64,000 bases of DNA from Candidatus Bacteroides merdipullorum (GTDB lineage: Bacteria > Bacteroidota > Bacteroidia > Bacteroidales > Bacteroidaceae). The stretch covers positions 11,914-75,913 of the forward strand of contig DXCK01000090.1 of NCBI GenBank assembly GCA_019116045.1, given 5' to 3'. Shown piece after piece: positions 7,994-17,500 of this stretch. A model generated the notes under the pieces. The model ran no database searches and was not told the DNA's origin. It saw only the letters and a list, made by a program, of their open reading frames with translations. Both the position numbers and the translations under genes were made by a program. How positions within the stretch are numbered: position 1 is the first letter of the stretch; the number at the start of each line of letters is the position of its first letter.

Positions 7994-10297
7994 TCAGCCG
8001 CGGAGCTGCTTGTCCATCGCCGCCGCCGCGCGCCGTCCGTCGCCCATGGCCAGGATGACCGTGGCGCCGCCGCGCACGATGTCGCCGCCGGCAAAGATGA
8101 AGGGGATGGACGACTGCATGTCGTCGTTCACGGCGATGGTGCCCTTGCGGCCCAGTTCCAGCCCTTCGACAGAGTGGGGCACGATGGGGTTGGGGCTTAC
8201 GCCGACGCTGACGATGGCCAGGTCGATGTCCAGCGTCTCCGTGGCACCGGGGATGGGCACGGGGCTGCGGCGGCCGCTGGCGTCGGGTTCGCCCAGTTCC
8301 ATCTTCTGGAGGACGACTTGCTTCACGCGGCCCTGCTCGTCGGCCAGGTATTCAATGGGGTTGTGCAAGGTGAGGAACTCCACGCCTTCTTCCTTGGCGT
8401 GCTTCACTTCCTCGATGCGGGCGGGCATTTCGGCCTCGCTGCGGCGATAGACGATGATGGCACGCTCGGCACCCAGGCGTTTGGCGGTGCGCACGGAGTC
8501 CATGGCCGTGTTGCCGCCGCCGATGACCACCACGCGCTTGCCGAAGGGCACGGGGGTGTCGCTGTCCTCGCTGGCGGCGTCCATCAGGTTGACGCGCGTC
8601 AGGTATTCGTTGGACGAGAGGATGTTGATGGAGTTCTCGCCGGGGATGTTCATGAAGTTGGGCAGGCCTGCGCCACTGGCCACGAACACGCCGCGGAAGC
8701 CGGCTTCTTTCAGCTGGGCGATGCTGAGCGTCTTGCCGATGATGCAGTCTTTCTCGAACTGCACGCCCATCTTGGCCAGATTGTCTATCTCCACGTCCAC
8801 AATCTTGTTGGGCAGGCGGAACTCGGGGATGCCGTACTTCAGCACGCCGCCAATCTCGTGCAGCGCCTCGAAGACGGTGACGTCGTAGCCCTTCTTCGCC
8901 ATGTCGCCCGCGAAGGACAGACCGGCAGGCCCGCTGCCTACGACGGCCACGCGGATGCCGTTCTTCTCTTTAATCTCGGGCACGGAGATCTGGCCGCTGT
9001 CGCGCTCGTAGTCGGCGGCGAAGCGTTCCAGGTAGCCGATGGCCACGGCGGGCTCGTTCATCTTCAGGTGGATGCACTGGGATTCGCACTGCTTCTCCTG
9101 CGGGCAGACACGGCCGCAGACGGCGGGCAGGGCACTGGTCTCCTTCAGGGTCTTGGCGGCCTGGAGGAACTCGCCTTTCTCAATGTGCTTGATGAAGCGC
9201 GGGATGTCGATGCCCACGGGGCAGCCGGTCATGCAGCCGGGGTTGGCGCAGTCCAGGCAACGCTTGGCTTCGGTCAGTGCCTGCTCTTCGTTGAGGCCGA
9301 GGTTCACCTCCTCGCGGCGGCTGTGGCTGCGGTATTCGGGGTCGAGTTCGGGCATCTTGACGCGGGGGATGGCGGTGCGTTCCTTGGGTTTCATGGCCTT
9401 GCGCAGTTCCACGCGCCAGGGGGCGTTGCGGGTCTTGTCCTCTTCCTGGAGGGATTCGCCTGTGGCCTGGCAGGTGTCGGGGTGGTCCAGCTTGTGCATC
9501 TCCTCCTGCTCGTAGGGCTTGAAGGCACCCATGCGCTTGAGCATCTCGTCGAAGTCCACCTGGTGGCCGTCGAACTCGGGGCCGTCCACGCAGACAAACT
9601 TGGTCTTGCCGCCCACGGTGATGCGGCAGGCGCCGCACATGCCCGTGCCGTCCACCATGATGGTGTTGAGCGACACGTCGGTGGGGATGTCATATTTCTT
9701 GGTCAGCAGGCAGACGAACTTCATCATGATGGCGGGGCCGATGGCGAAGCATTTGTCTACCCGTTCGCGCAGGATGACCTGCTCGACGCCCTGTGTGACG
9801 AGGCCCTTCTGGCCATACGAGCCGTCGTCGGTCATGATGATGACTTCGTCGCTGGAGGCGCGCATCTCTTTTTCGAGGATAATGAGTTCCTTGGTGCGTC
9901 CGGCCAGCACGGTGATGACGCGGTTGCCGGCAGCCTTCAGGGCTTGTACGATGGGCAGCATCGGGGCGACGCCCACGCCTCCGCCGGCGCAGACTACGGT
10001 GCCGAAGCGTTCGATGTGCGTGGCTTGTCCCAGGGGGCCTACGACATCGGTGATATAGTCGCCTTCGTTCAGTTCGCAGAGGCGGGTGGAGGAGAGGCCG
10101 ACTTCCTGCACGACGAGGGTGATGGTGCCGGCCACGGGGTCGGCCTCGGCAATGGTGAGGGGCATGCGTTCGCCCTTCTCGCCGACGCGGACGATAACGA
10201 AGTGCCCGGCCTTGCGCGACCGGGCGATGAGGGGTGCTTCAACGACGAGCTTGAAGACCTTTTCGGAGAAATGTTCTTTGTGGAGAATCTTGTTCAT
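7994..10297 (-). CDS. gltA: Fused PyrK-like / glutamate-synthase-beta oxidoreductase (NfnAB-type)
   Basis: GERMPLT, GPLG, DGTGMCGACR (NfnA-like) fused to RCLDC..C..GCP, CGRVCPQE, GSGPAG, GGGNTAMD (NfnB-like). Confidence 0.92.
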   Translation of the reverse strand: MNKILHKEHFSEKVFKLVVEAPLIARSRKAGHFVIVRVGEKGERMPLTIAEADPVAGTITLVVQEVGLSSTRLCELNEGDYITDVVGPLGQATHIERFGTVVCAGGGVGVAPMLPIVQALKAAGNRVITVLAGRTKELIILEKEMRASSDEVIIMTDDGSYGQKGLVTQGVEQVILRERVDKCFAIGPAIMMKFVCLLTKKYDIPTDVSLNTIMVDGTGMCGACRITVGGKTKFVCVDGPEFDGHQVDFDEMLKRMGAFKPYEQEEMHKLDHPDTCQATGESLQEEDKTRNAPWRVELRKAMKPKERTAIPRVKMPELDPEYRSHSRREEVNLGLNEEQALTEAKRCLDCANPGCMTGCPVGIDIPRFIKHIEKGEFLQAAKTLKETSALPAVCGRVCPQEKQCESQCIHLKMNEPAVAIGYLERFAADYERDSGQISVPEIKEKNGIRVAVVGSGPAGLSFAGDMAKKGYDVTVFEALHEIGGVLKYGIPEFRLPNKIVDVEIDNLAKMGVQFEKDCIIGKTLSIAQLKEAGFRGVFVASGAGLPNFMNIPGENSINILSSNEYLTRVNLMDAASEDSDTPVPFGKRVVVIGGGNTAMDSVRTAKRLGAERAIIVYRRSEAEMPARIEEVKHAKEEGVEFLTLHNPIEYLADEQGRVKQVVLQKMELGEPDASGRRSPVPIPGATETLDIDLAIVSVGVSPNPIVPHSVEGLELGRKGTIAVNDDMQSSIPFIFAGGDIVRGGATVILAMGDGRRAAAAMDKQLRG

Positions 10298-10371
10298 ATT
10301 CGGTTAGTTATGTATAATTACGTGTTTTGCAATGCTTGGGGCTGTTTCCAGACTTCCTTTGCCTGTTTCGT

Positions 10372-10677
10372 TTATATTTTCGAAGTTAAATGTTCCGGAC
10401 TCTGGCGGCAATCCCATACGGCGTGTATGACAATGTCGTCTCCTTCTATGGTATAGACCAGCTTGTGGCACTTGTCTGCCAACAGGGAGCGGTAATGGCC
10501 GGGTATGTGTTCCAGCAGCCTTTCTGCCGACCCAGTCTTGGGGTGAATAGCCAGTATGTCTGCTTCGTCTATGAGGGAGTTGTAAAGTCTGGCGGCGTAT
10601 GCTTCGTTTACCGGCAACCAGTACTGGTATATGGCTTCCAGGTCTTCCTGGGCTTGGGTTGTCCAGACTATTCGCAT
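10372..10677 (-). CDS. Type II toxin, RelE/ParE family
   Basis: MRIVWTTQAQEDLEAIYQYW...HPKTG...YR...LVY...IHAVWDCRQ; start overlaps the upstream small gene. Confidence 0.88.
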   Translation of the reverse strand: MRIVWTTQAQEDLEAIYQYWLPVNEAYAARLYNSLIDEADILAIHPKTGSAERLLEHIPGHYRSLLADKCHKLVYTIEGDDIVIHAVWDCRQSPEHLTSKI

Positions 10678-10913
10678 GTGGCGTGTCGCTTGCGCAGTTC
10701 GTCGCTGGTGCAATAGTGTCCTTCGCGATAGCTCTGCATAGATTGTTCCAGGCGTTGTTGCAGTTGCTCTGCGGTGTATTGGCAAGGGGCGGCATCCAGT
10801 TCGTGTCGGGCGTCTTCAATCAGCTTTTGGGCCAGCCACTCTTTGTTGTCGGGGCTGAGCGCGAGGGAGCGGATGAAGGACAGGAGTCCGTCCAGTGAGA
10901 TGGTTGCGTTCAT
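10668..10913 (-). CDS. Putative antitoxin of the ParE/RelE toxin
   Basis: 81 aa; overlaps the toxin start; own TAACTTTG promoter near 10949-10956. Confidence 0.75.
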   Translation of the reverse strand: MNATISLDGLLSFIRSLALSPDNKEWLAQKLIEDARHELDAAPCQYTAEQLQQRLEQSMQSYREGHYCTSDELRKRHATCE

Positions 10914-10958
10914 AGGGATGTTCTTTTACTGTGTTTTTACTTTCCCCGCAAAGTTAAC

Positions 10959-10994
10959 AAAAAAGGCCGACGTCCATCCCTACGCCGGCCTTTT
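10959..10994 (-). terminator. Terminator of the HU-family gene
   Basis: AAAAAAGGCCGACGT...ACGCCGGCCTTTT. Confidence 0.75.
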
Positions 10995-11011
10995 CTTGTG
11001 TTTTTTTAGCG

Positions 11012-11473
11012 TTAGCCGAAGGTGCCTTCGCCGTCGCTGTCGTCGGTGCCGGTGCTGTCGTCCACGGGGTTGCCCTTGTCGTCCACTTCGCGCCAGGTGA
11101 TGTCCACGTTGCTGAGGGCGCGGGTGATGTGCTTGTTGTCGCTGGAGCGTTCCGTTTCAGGCAGGAAACGTACGCGGACGCCGGTGATTTGCTTGGCGCT
11201 CACTTCTTCTTTCGTGGCCACGCCCTGCTTGTTGGTGACGGCGGTGTAGTAGAATGTGCCCAGCCCGTCAATCTTCACGGTGTATCCCAGCGACATGTAG
11301 TCGGCCATGACCGTGGCCAGGTCGCCTAGGACGGCTTGCACGTCGGATTTGGATACGGTGGAGATTTGCGCCAGTCGTTCGATGATTTTTTCCATTTCGA
11401 TGGTGCCCATCGTGACGGATTGCGGATACCACAATCCGTTTACTTTCTGTTGTCTTTTTTTATAAAATCCCAT
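11012..11473 (-). CDS. HU-family DNA-binding protein, long Bacteroidales type
   Basis: STVSKSDVQAVL, G.TVKIDGLGTF, VRVRFLPE, acidic G/D tail. Confidence 0.88.
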   Translation of the reverse strand: MGFYKKRQQKVNGLWYPQSVTMGTIEMEKIIERLAQISTVSKSDVQAVLGDLATVMADYMSLGYTVKIDGLGTFYYTAVTNKQGVATKEEVSAKQITGVRVRFLPETERSSDNKHITRALSNVDITWREVDDKGNPVDDSTGTDDSDGEGTFG

Positions 11474-11517
11474 TTTGTCTCGTTTTGGAGCCTGGCCGTC
11501 TGAAAGAGGGGTTGAGG

Positions 11518-11583
11518 CTAAGAGTATAAGTCAGGGTATCTAAAGGTATAAGTCAGCCTACCTAAGAGTATAAGTCAGCTTAC
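11518..11583. repeat. 3 x 22-bp tandem repeat with core GTATAAGTCAG
   Basis: ctaagagtataagtcagggtat / ctaaaggtataagtcagcctac / ctaagagtataagtcagcttac, upstream of the HU gene. Confidence 0.85.
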
Positions 11584-11773
11584 CTGCCTTATGTATCAGT
11601 CGGGACGGTCTTTTCCCATCTTTCTTGTTGTCAGGAATGGTTACTAAATCAAGGTTTCTGTTCTCGGTTTGTTTCGCGCGCCTCTCTCCGCCGTGCGCGT
11701 CTCCTTTCGGGGGGCGGAGGGGATGGGGTTGTTTCGCAAAGGTATGTGTTATGGCTGTATTATGCAAGTGTTT

Positions 11774-12052
11774 TCAGGGGAAAGTCCGGTCTGCCGGGCG
11801 GGTTCTCAGCCATGGCAATGCTTCTTTTACTTCCTTATCGGCTTCCTCGGCGGTCAGGTATCTGCCTGCCTTGAAGTCTTCTTCGGCTTCGTCCAGCCAT
11901 TGGTTGATTTCCTCCATGGTGTAGGGCGTGAGGCGTTGTTTCTCTTCTTCCTCCACTTCTTCGTAGAGCTTGTCGGCCAGCCAGCGTTTGTTGTCGGGGC
12001 TGAGCGATTGTATCAGTTTCCACAGATAATCCAATGATACGGTTGCTTCCAT
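11774..12052 (-). CDS. Orphan antitoxin-like protein, paralog of 10668-10913
   Basis: Shares M.AT.SLD.L...I.S, LSPDNK.WLA.KL and YT.E.....L......Y/F..G.Y.T..E with the first antitoxin. Confidence 0.75.
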   Translation of the reverse strand: MEATVSLDYLWKLIQSLSPDNKRWLADKLYEEVEEEEKQRLTPYTMEEINQWLDEAEEDFKAGRYLTAEEADKEVKEALPWLRTRPADRTFP

Positions 12053-12099
12053 AGTCTGTTCCTCTTTCGTTTGGTTTGATACGGCAAAGATACATAAAA

Positions 12100-12197
12100 A
12101 GCTACGAGCTACGAGCTACAAGTTACGAGTTTTTTCTGTTGCCTCACCCACTCGTAGCTCGTCACTCGTAGCTCGTAGCTCGTAGCTTGTAGCTCGT
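12100..12197. repeat. Inverted heptamer microsatellite hairpin, (GCTACGA)n...(TCGTAGC)n
   Basis: About 4 units followed by about 6 reverse-complement units, directly after the serS stop. Confidence 0.9.
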
Positions 12198-12199
12198 CG

Positions 12200-13474
12200 C
12201 TAATCAATCATGTCGAACCCGCAGTAGGGCACCAGTGCCTTGGGGATGCGGATGCCCTGGGGCGTCTGGTTGTTCTCCAGCAGGGCGGCGACGATGCGCG
12301 GCAGGGCCAGGGCCGAGCCGTTGAGCGTGTGGCACAGCTCGATTTTCTTGTCCGCCGTGCGGTAGCGGCAGTGCAGGCGGTTGGCCTGGTAGGTGTCGAA
12401 GTTGGAGACGGAGCTGACCTCGAGCCAACGCTTCTGCGCCTCGCTGTAGACCTCGAAGTCGTAGCAGATGGCGGCGGTGAAGCTGATGTCGCCGCCGCAG
12501 AGGCGCAGGATGCGGTAGGGCAGTTCGAGCTTCTGCAGCAGGCCTTCGACGTGGTCCAGCATCTCCTGGTGGCTCTGGCGCGAGTGTTCGGGCTTGTCGA
12601 TGCGGACGAGCTCTACCTTGGAGAACTCGTGCAGGCGGTTCAGCCCGCGCACGTCCTTGCCGTACGAGCCGGCTTCGCGGCGGAAGCACTCGGTGTAGGC
12701 GCAGTTCTTGATGGGGAGGTCGCGTTCGTCGAGGATGACGTCGCGGTAGATGTTCGTCACGGGCACCTCGGCGGTGGGGATGAGGTAGAGGTCGTCCACC
12801 TCGCAGTGGTACATCTGTCCCTCCTTGTCGGGCAGTTGGCCGGTGCCGTAGCCCGAGGCGGCGTTGACCACGGTGGGGGGCATCACTTCGGTGTAGCCCG
12901 ACGCGCGTGCTTCGTCCAGGAAGAAGTTGATGAGGGCGCGTTGCAGGCGGGCGCCTTTGCCTTTGTAGACGGGGAATCCGGCGCCGGTTATCTTCACGCC
13001 CAGGTCGAAGTCGATGATGTCATACTTCTTGGCCAGTTCCCAGTGGGGCAGGGCGTCTTTGGGCAGTGGGGTCTCCATGCCGCCCATCTTGACGACGAGG
13101 TTGTCTTCGGCGCCGTTGCCTTCGGGCACTTCTTCGTAGGGCACGTTGGGGATGGTGTAGAGCAGTTGTTGCAGGTCTTGGGCGGCCTGGTCCATCTCGG
13201 CTTGCAGGGATTTGTTGGTCTCTTTCAAGGATGCCACGCGTGCCTTGGCGGCTTCGGCCTCGTCGCGGCGGCCTTCCTTCATCAGTTGGCCGATGGTTTT
13301 GGAGGTGGCGTTCACTTCGGCCAGGTTATTGTCCAGCACGGCTTGCGTGCTCTTGCGCTTGTTGTTCAGGGCCAGCACCTGGTCGATGGTTTCTTTGGCG
13401 TTCTTGAAATGTTTCTTCTCGAGTCCGCGCACCACGGCGTCGGTGTTCTCGGTGATTTGTTTGATGGTAAGCAT
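12200..13474 (-). CDS. serS: Serine--tRNA ligase
   Basis: LIPTAEVP, CFRREAGSYG, GLNRLHEFSKVE, EVSSVSN, HTLNGSALA. Confidence 0.98.
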   Translation of the reverse strand: MLTIKQITENTDAVVRGLEKKHFKNAKETIDQVLALNNKRKSTQAVLDNNLAEVNATSKTIGQLMKEGRRDEAEAAKARVASLKETNKSLQAEMDQAAQDLQQLLYTIPNVPYEEVPEGNGAEDNLVVKMGGMETPLPKDALPHWELAKKYDIIDFDLGVKITGAGFPVYKGKGARLQRALINFFLDEARASGYTEVMPPTVVNAASGYGTGQLPDKEGQMYHCEVDDLYLIPTAEVPVTNIYRDVILDERDLPIKNCAYTECFRREAGSYGKDVRGLNRLHEFSKVELVRIDKPEHSRQSHQEMLDHVEGLLQKLELPYRILRLCGGDISFTAAICYDFEVYSEAQKRWLEVSSVSNFDTYQANRLHCRYRTADKKIELCHTLNGSALALPRIVAALLENNQTPQGIRIPKALVPYCGFDMID

Positions 13475-13696
13475 GGTTTATACCTATTTATTTAATGTTA
13501 TTTCGTTTCGTTCTGTACGATTCACGGGGCAAAGATACGCAAAAAACAGATATGTGGTGATGTTCTGAGGGGGTCGCTTTCGTGGAAAACGGATTTTCGT
13601 GTTTTTCAGCCGTTTGTCTGAGGTGCGGGAGAGGTGTGCTTCGTGTCCGAACGGGGCGCGGGGCTTGTTCGGGCGGGCCGCGGCAGTGTTGGGGAT

Positions 13697-13735
13697 AAAA
13701 AAATAGGGTATGCCTGCACGGGCATACCCTATTTG
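13697..13735 (-). terminator. Terminator after the trxA operon
   Basis: AAAAAATAGGGTATGCC...GGCATACCCTATTT. Confidence 0.8.
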
Positions 13736-13755
13736 CATGAGTGTACGGATGGAGG

Positions 13756-14091
13756 TCAGTCCTCGTTGTCCAGCGAGTCGGCATAGTCCATCTCGCCTTG
13801 CACGATGAAGAGCAGTTCCTCGGGGTCGTATTCTCCCATTCCGTCTTTTCGGGCCTCCTTGACGATGTAATCGACAACTTTCTCCAGGTCGATTTCTATG
13901 CAGCCCTCTGCGTCGGGCTGTGCGTCGAGGATACCGCTTTGCGTGTAGTACTCGTCAATCAGGTCGAGGAAGTAATAGTACTCGTCGTCCGTGAACTTGT
14001 CTTTCAAGTCTTGCGGCAGGTAATTCTTGATGAACTCGATGGTCTTTTCGTCGTCGAGGTCGTCCTGCAGGAAGTCGTCGTCTTGTCTCAT
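13756..14091 (-). CDS. Acidic hypothetical protein
   Basis: 111 aa, D/E-rich, host-like codon usage, directly downstream of trxA. Confidence 0.8.
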   Translation of the reverse strand: MRQDDDFLQDDLDDEKTIEFIKNYLPQDLKDKFTDDEYYYFLDLIDEYYTQSGILDAQPDAEGCIEIDLEKVVDYIVKEARKDGMGEYDPEELLFIVQGEMDYADSLDNED

Positions 14092-14140
14092 TGCTGATTT
14101 CGTTTTAGAAGGTTTGGATAGTCTGAATGTTTCTTCTGTC

Positions 14141-14455
14141 TTAGAGCAGCGCTTCCAGCTTGGCCACGAATGTTGCCTTGGGGGCCGAGCCTATCTGCTT
14201 GTCCACCAGCTCGCCGTTCTTGAAGAACAGCACGGCGGGAATGTTGCGGATGCCGTACTCCATGGCCAGGTCGTTGCTTTCTTCCACGTCGCATTTGCCG
14301 ATGACTGCACGTCCTTCGTATTCCGTGGCCAGTTCGTCGATGATGGGGCTTACCATGCGGCACGGTCCGCACCACGTAGCCCAGAAGTCGATGACAACAG
14401 GCAGGTTGCCTGCCAACAGTTCTTTGTAATTGTTTTCTGTAATGTTCAAAGCCAT
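14141..14455 (-). CDS. trxA: Thioredoxin
   Basis: DFWATWCGPC. Confidence 0.97.
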   Translation of the reverse strand: MALNITENNYKELLAGNLPVVIDFWATWCGPCRMVSPIIDELATEYEGRAVIGKCDVEESNDLAMEYGIRNIPAVLFFKNGELVDKQIGSAPKATFVAKLEALL

Positions 14456-14511
14456 AATGTTCTAATATTAAAGTTTGATATTTCTGATGATTCTCTTTCG
14501 CTGCAAAGATA

Positions 14512-17500
14512 CTAATTTATCTGAAACCTGAGGTCGGGATGCCCTTTTAAGTATGAAATCAATTCGCGGCCCACGTTCAGTTTGACCGGTCTCGAGACGA
14601 GGTCGACGGCCATGCGCGTATCTTTGTCCATCACCTTAAAGCACAGTTGCGTGTTGCCGTAGTGGGCTTTGGTCAGGTCGGCCAGTTCAGCGATGAGCCC
14701 TTTGTTCAGGATGCTGAGGGGAATGAAGATGGTAATCTTCTCCACCAGCTTCTCCTTCACGTCCGGCAGCAGTTCGATGGAAGTAACCTTTATCTCCAGT
14801 TCGTTCTGTTTCCATTGTTTGGGCTGGCAACGTGCCTTGATGAACAAGAATGTCCTTTCACCCAGATAGCCTTGCCAGGTGACCCAGTCGTTGCCGAAAA
14901 ACGGCAGCTCGGCCGAACCCGTGTAGTCTTCGATACGGACGATGCCGTAGGGGTTGCCGTTTTTGCTGGTGCCACGCCGCACGGCAGTGACCATGCCTCC
15001 CATGGTGATTTCGCGTCCCGCGAGGCTTTCCTTGTTTTCCAGTTCCTTCATGTGCGTGTTGCACACATAGTCCAGTATGACTGAAAACTCGTCCAGCGGG
15101 TGTGCCGAGAGGTAGATGCCTACCAGTTCGCGTTCTTTGCTCAGACGTTCCAGGTCGCTCCAACGTTCGGCAGGCAATATTTCGGGCGTGCTTACATCCA
15201 CCATATTTTCTCCGCCGAACAGCGAGTTCAAGGCCATGGCCTTGTCCATTTGGTAGCGGTTTCCGTAGCGCACCAAAGTTTCCAAGAAGCTCTCATTCTT
15301 GGCATTGACGGCGAAATATTGCTCGCGCGTCAGTTCGGAGAAGTTGTCGAAGGCGCCGGCCAGTGCCAGACATTCCAGGTTCTTCTTGTTGCAGGCATTC
15401 AGGTTGACGCGCTGCACGAAGTCGAATATGCCTTTGTACGGCCCCTCCTTCTCGCGTCCCTCGATGATGCTTTGCACAGCACTTTCGCCCACGCCCTTCA
15501 CGGCTCCCAGCCCGAAGCGGATGTTCCCTTCGGCATTGACGGTGAACTTCAGGTTACTCTCGTTCACGTCCGGCCCCAGCACCTTGATGCCCATTGCCTT
15601 ACATTCGTCCATGAACTTCGTGATGTCCGTGATGTTGTCCTTGCTTCGGCTCATCACGGCGGCCATGTATTCGGCAGGATAATTGGCCTTCAGGTAGGCC
15701 GTCTGATAGGCCACCCATGAGTAGCACGTGGCGTGCGATTTGTTGAAGGCGTACGAAGCAAACTTCTCCCAGTCTGCCCAGATTTTCTCCAACACCTTCG
15801 GGTCGTGGCCGTTCTTCTTGCCGCCCTCGATGAACTTGGGCTTCATGTGGTCCAGCTTGTCGCGCAGCTTCTTACCCATCGCTTTGCGCAGGGCGTCGGA
15901 CTCACCGCGGGTGAAGTTGGCCAGCAGGCGCGACAGCAGCATGACCTGCTCCTGGTAGACAGTGATGCCATACGTGTCCTTCAAGTACTTCTCCATGATA
16001 GGGATGTCGTACTCGATGGGCTTGCGGCCCCACTTGCGGTCGATGAAGTCAGGGATATAATCCATAGGCCCCGGCCGGTAGAGGGCGTTCATGGCGATGA
16101 GGTCTTCGAACGTGCTGGGCTGCAGTTCGCGCAGGTATTTCTGCATGCCGGCCGACTCGAATTGGAAGGTGCCGACAGTACGTCCGTCACAATAAAGTTT
16201 ATAAGTAGCCGGGTCGTCTATGGGGATGGTGTCGATGTCCAAGTCTATGCCGCGATGCAGTTTCACGTTGGCTACGGCTTCCTTGATAATGGAAAGCGTT
16301 TTCAGACCCAAGAAGTCCATCTTGATCAGTCCGGTGTCTTCGATGACCGAGCCTTCGTATTGCGTGACCAGCATCTTTTCGCCTGTCTCCTTGTCTTCTG
16401 CCGTACTGACAGGTACCCAGTCCGTGATGTCATCTCGGCAGATGATGGTGCCGCAGGCGTGTACACCCGTGCCGCGCACGTTGCCCTCCAGCATTTTGGC
16501 GTACTTGATGGTATTGCGCATCTTGGGGTCTGGCGAAGCTTCGGCAGCTTGCAGCTCGGGCACGTAGGCGATGGCGTTGGGCAGGTTCAGTTTCTTGTCG
16601 GGTATCTTGTCTGGAATCAGTTTGCACAGGCGGTCAGATTCCGCCAGCGGAAGCTTCTCTACACGCGCCACATCCTTAATGGCCATCTTCGTAGCCATCG
16701 TGCCGTAAGTAATGATGTGTGCCACTTTCTCCTGGCCGTATTTTTCCGTCACCCAGCGCAACACGTCACCGCGTCCGTCATCATCGAAGTCTACGTCGAT
16801 ATCGGGCAGCGAGATGCGGTCGGGGTTCAGGAAACGTTCGAACAGCAAATCGTATTGTATAGGGTCAATCTTGGTGATGCCCAAACAGTAGGCCACGGCC
16901 GAACCGGCCGCCGAACCACGTCCCGGGCCTACGGACACGCCCAACTGGGTACGCGCCGCGTTGATGAAGTCCTGCACGATAAGGAAGTAGCCCGGGAAGC
17001 CCATGGTCTTCATGATGTAGAGTTCGAACACCAATCGTTCACGCACTTCCTCGGAGAGCGGGTCGCCATACAGTTTCTTGGCGCCGTCGAAAGTCAGTTT
17101 GGCCAGGTAGTCGGCTTCCAGTTTGATACGGTACAGCTTTTCGTATCCTCCCAGGCGCTTGATTTTAGCATTGGCGGCGGCTTCGTCCAGTACGACGTTC
17201 CCGTTTTCGTCTCGTGTGAACTCTTCGAAAAGGTCTTTTTCAGTATATTTCTTGCGATATTCTTCTTCTGTGCCGAAGTCTTCGGGAATGGCGAAGGTAG
17301 GCATGATAGGGGCGTGGTCGATGGAGTAGTATTCCACCTTGTCGAGTATCTCCAGTGTGTTGGAAAGGGCTTCGGGGATATCTTCGAACAGTTGGTTCAT
17401 CTCCGCCTTGGTCTTCATCCATTCCTGTTTCGTATAGAGCATACGGGTAGGGTCGTCTAAGTCTTTGTTTGTGCTCAGACAGATGAGATGGTCGTGCGCC

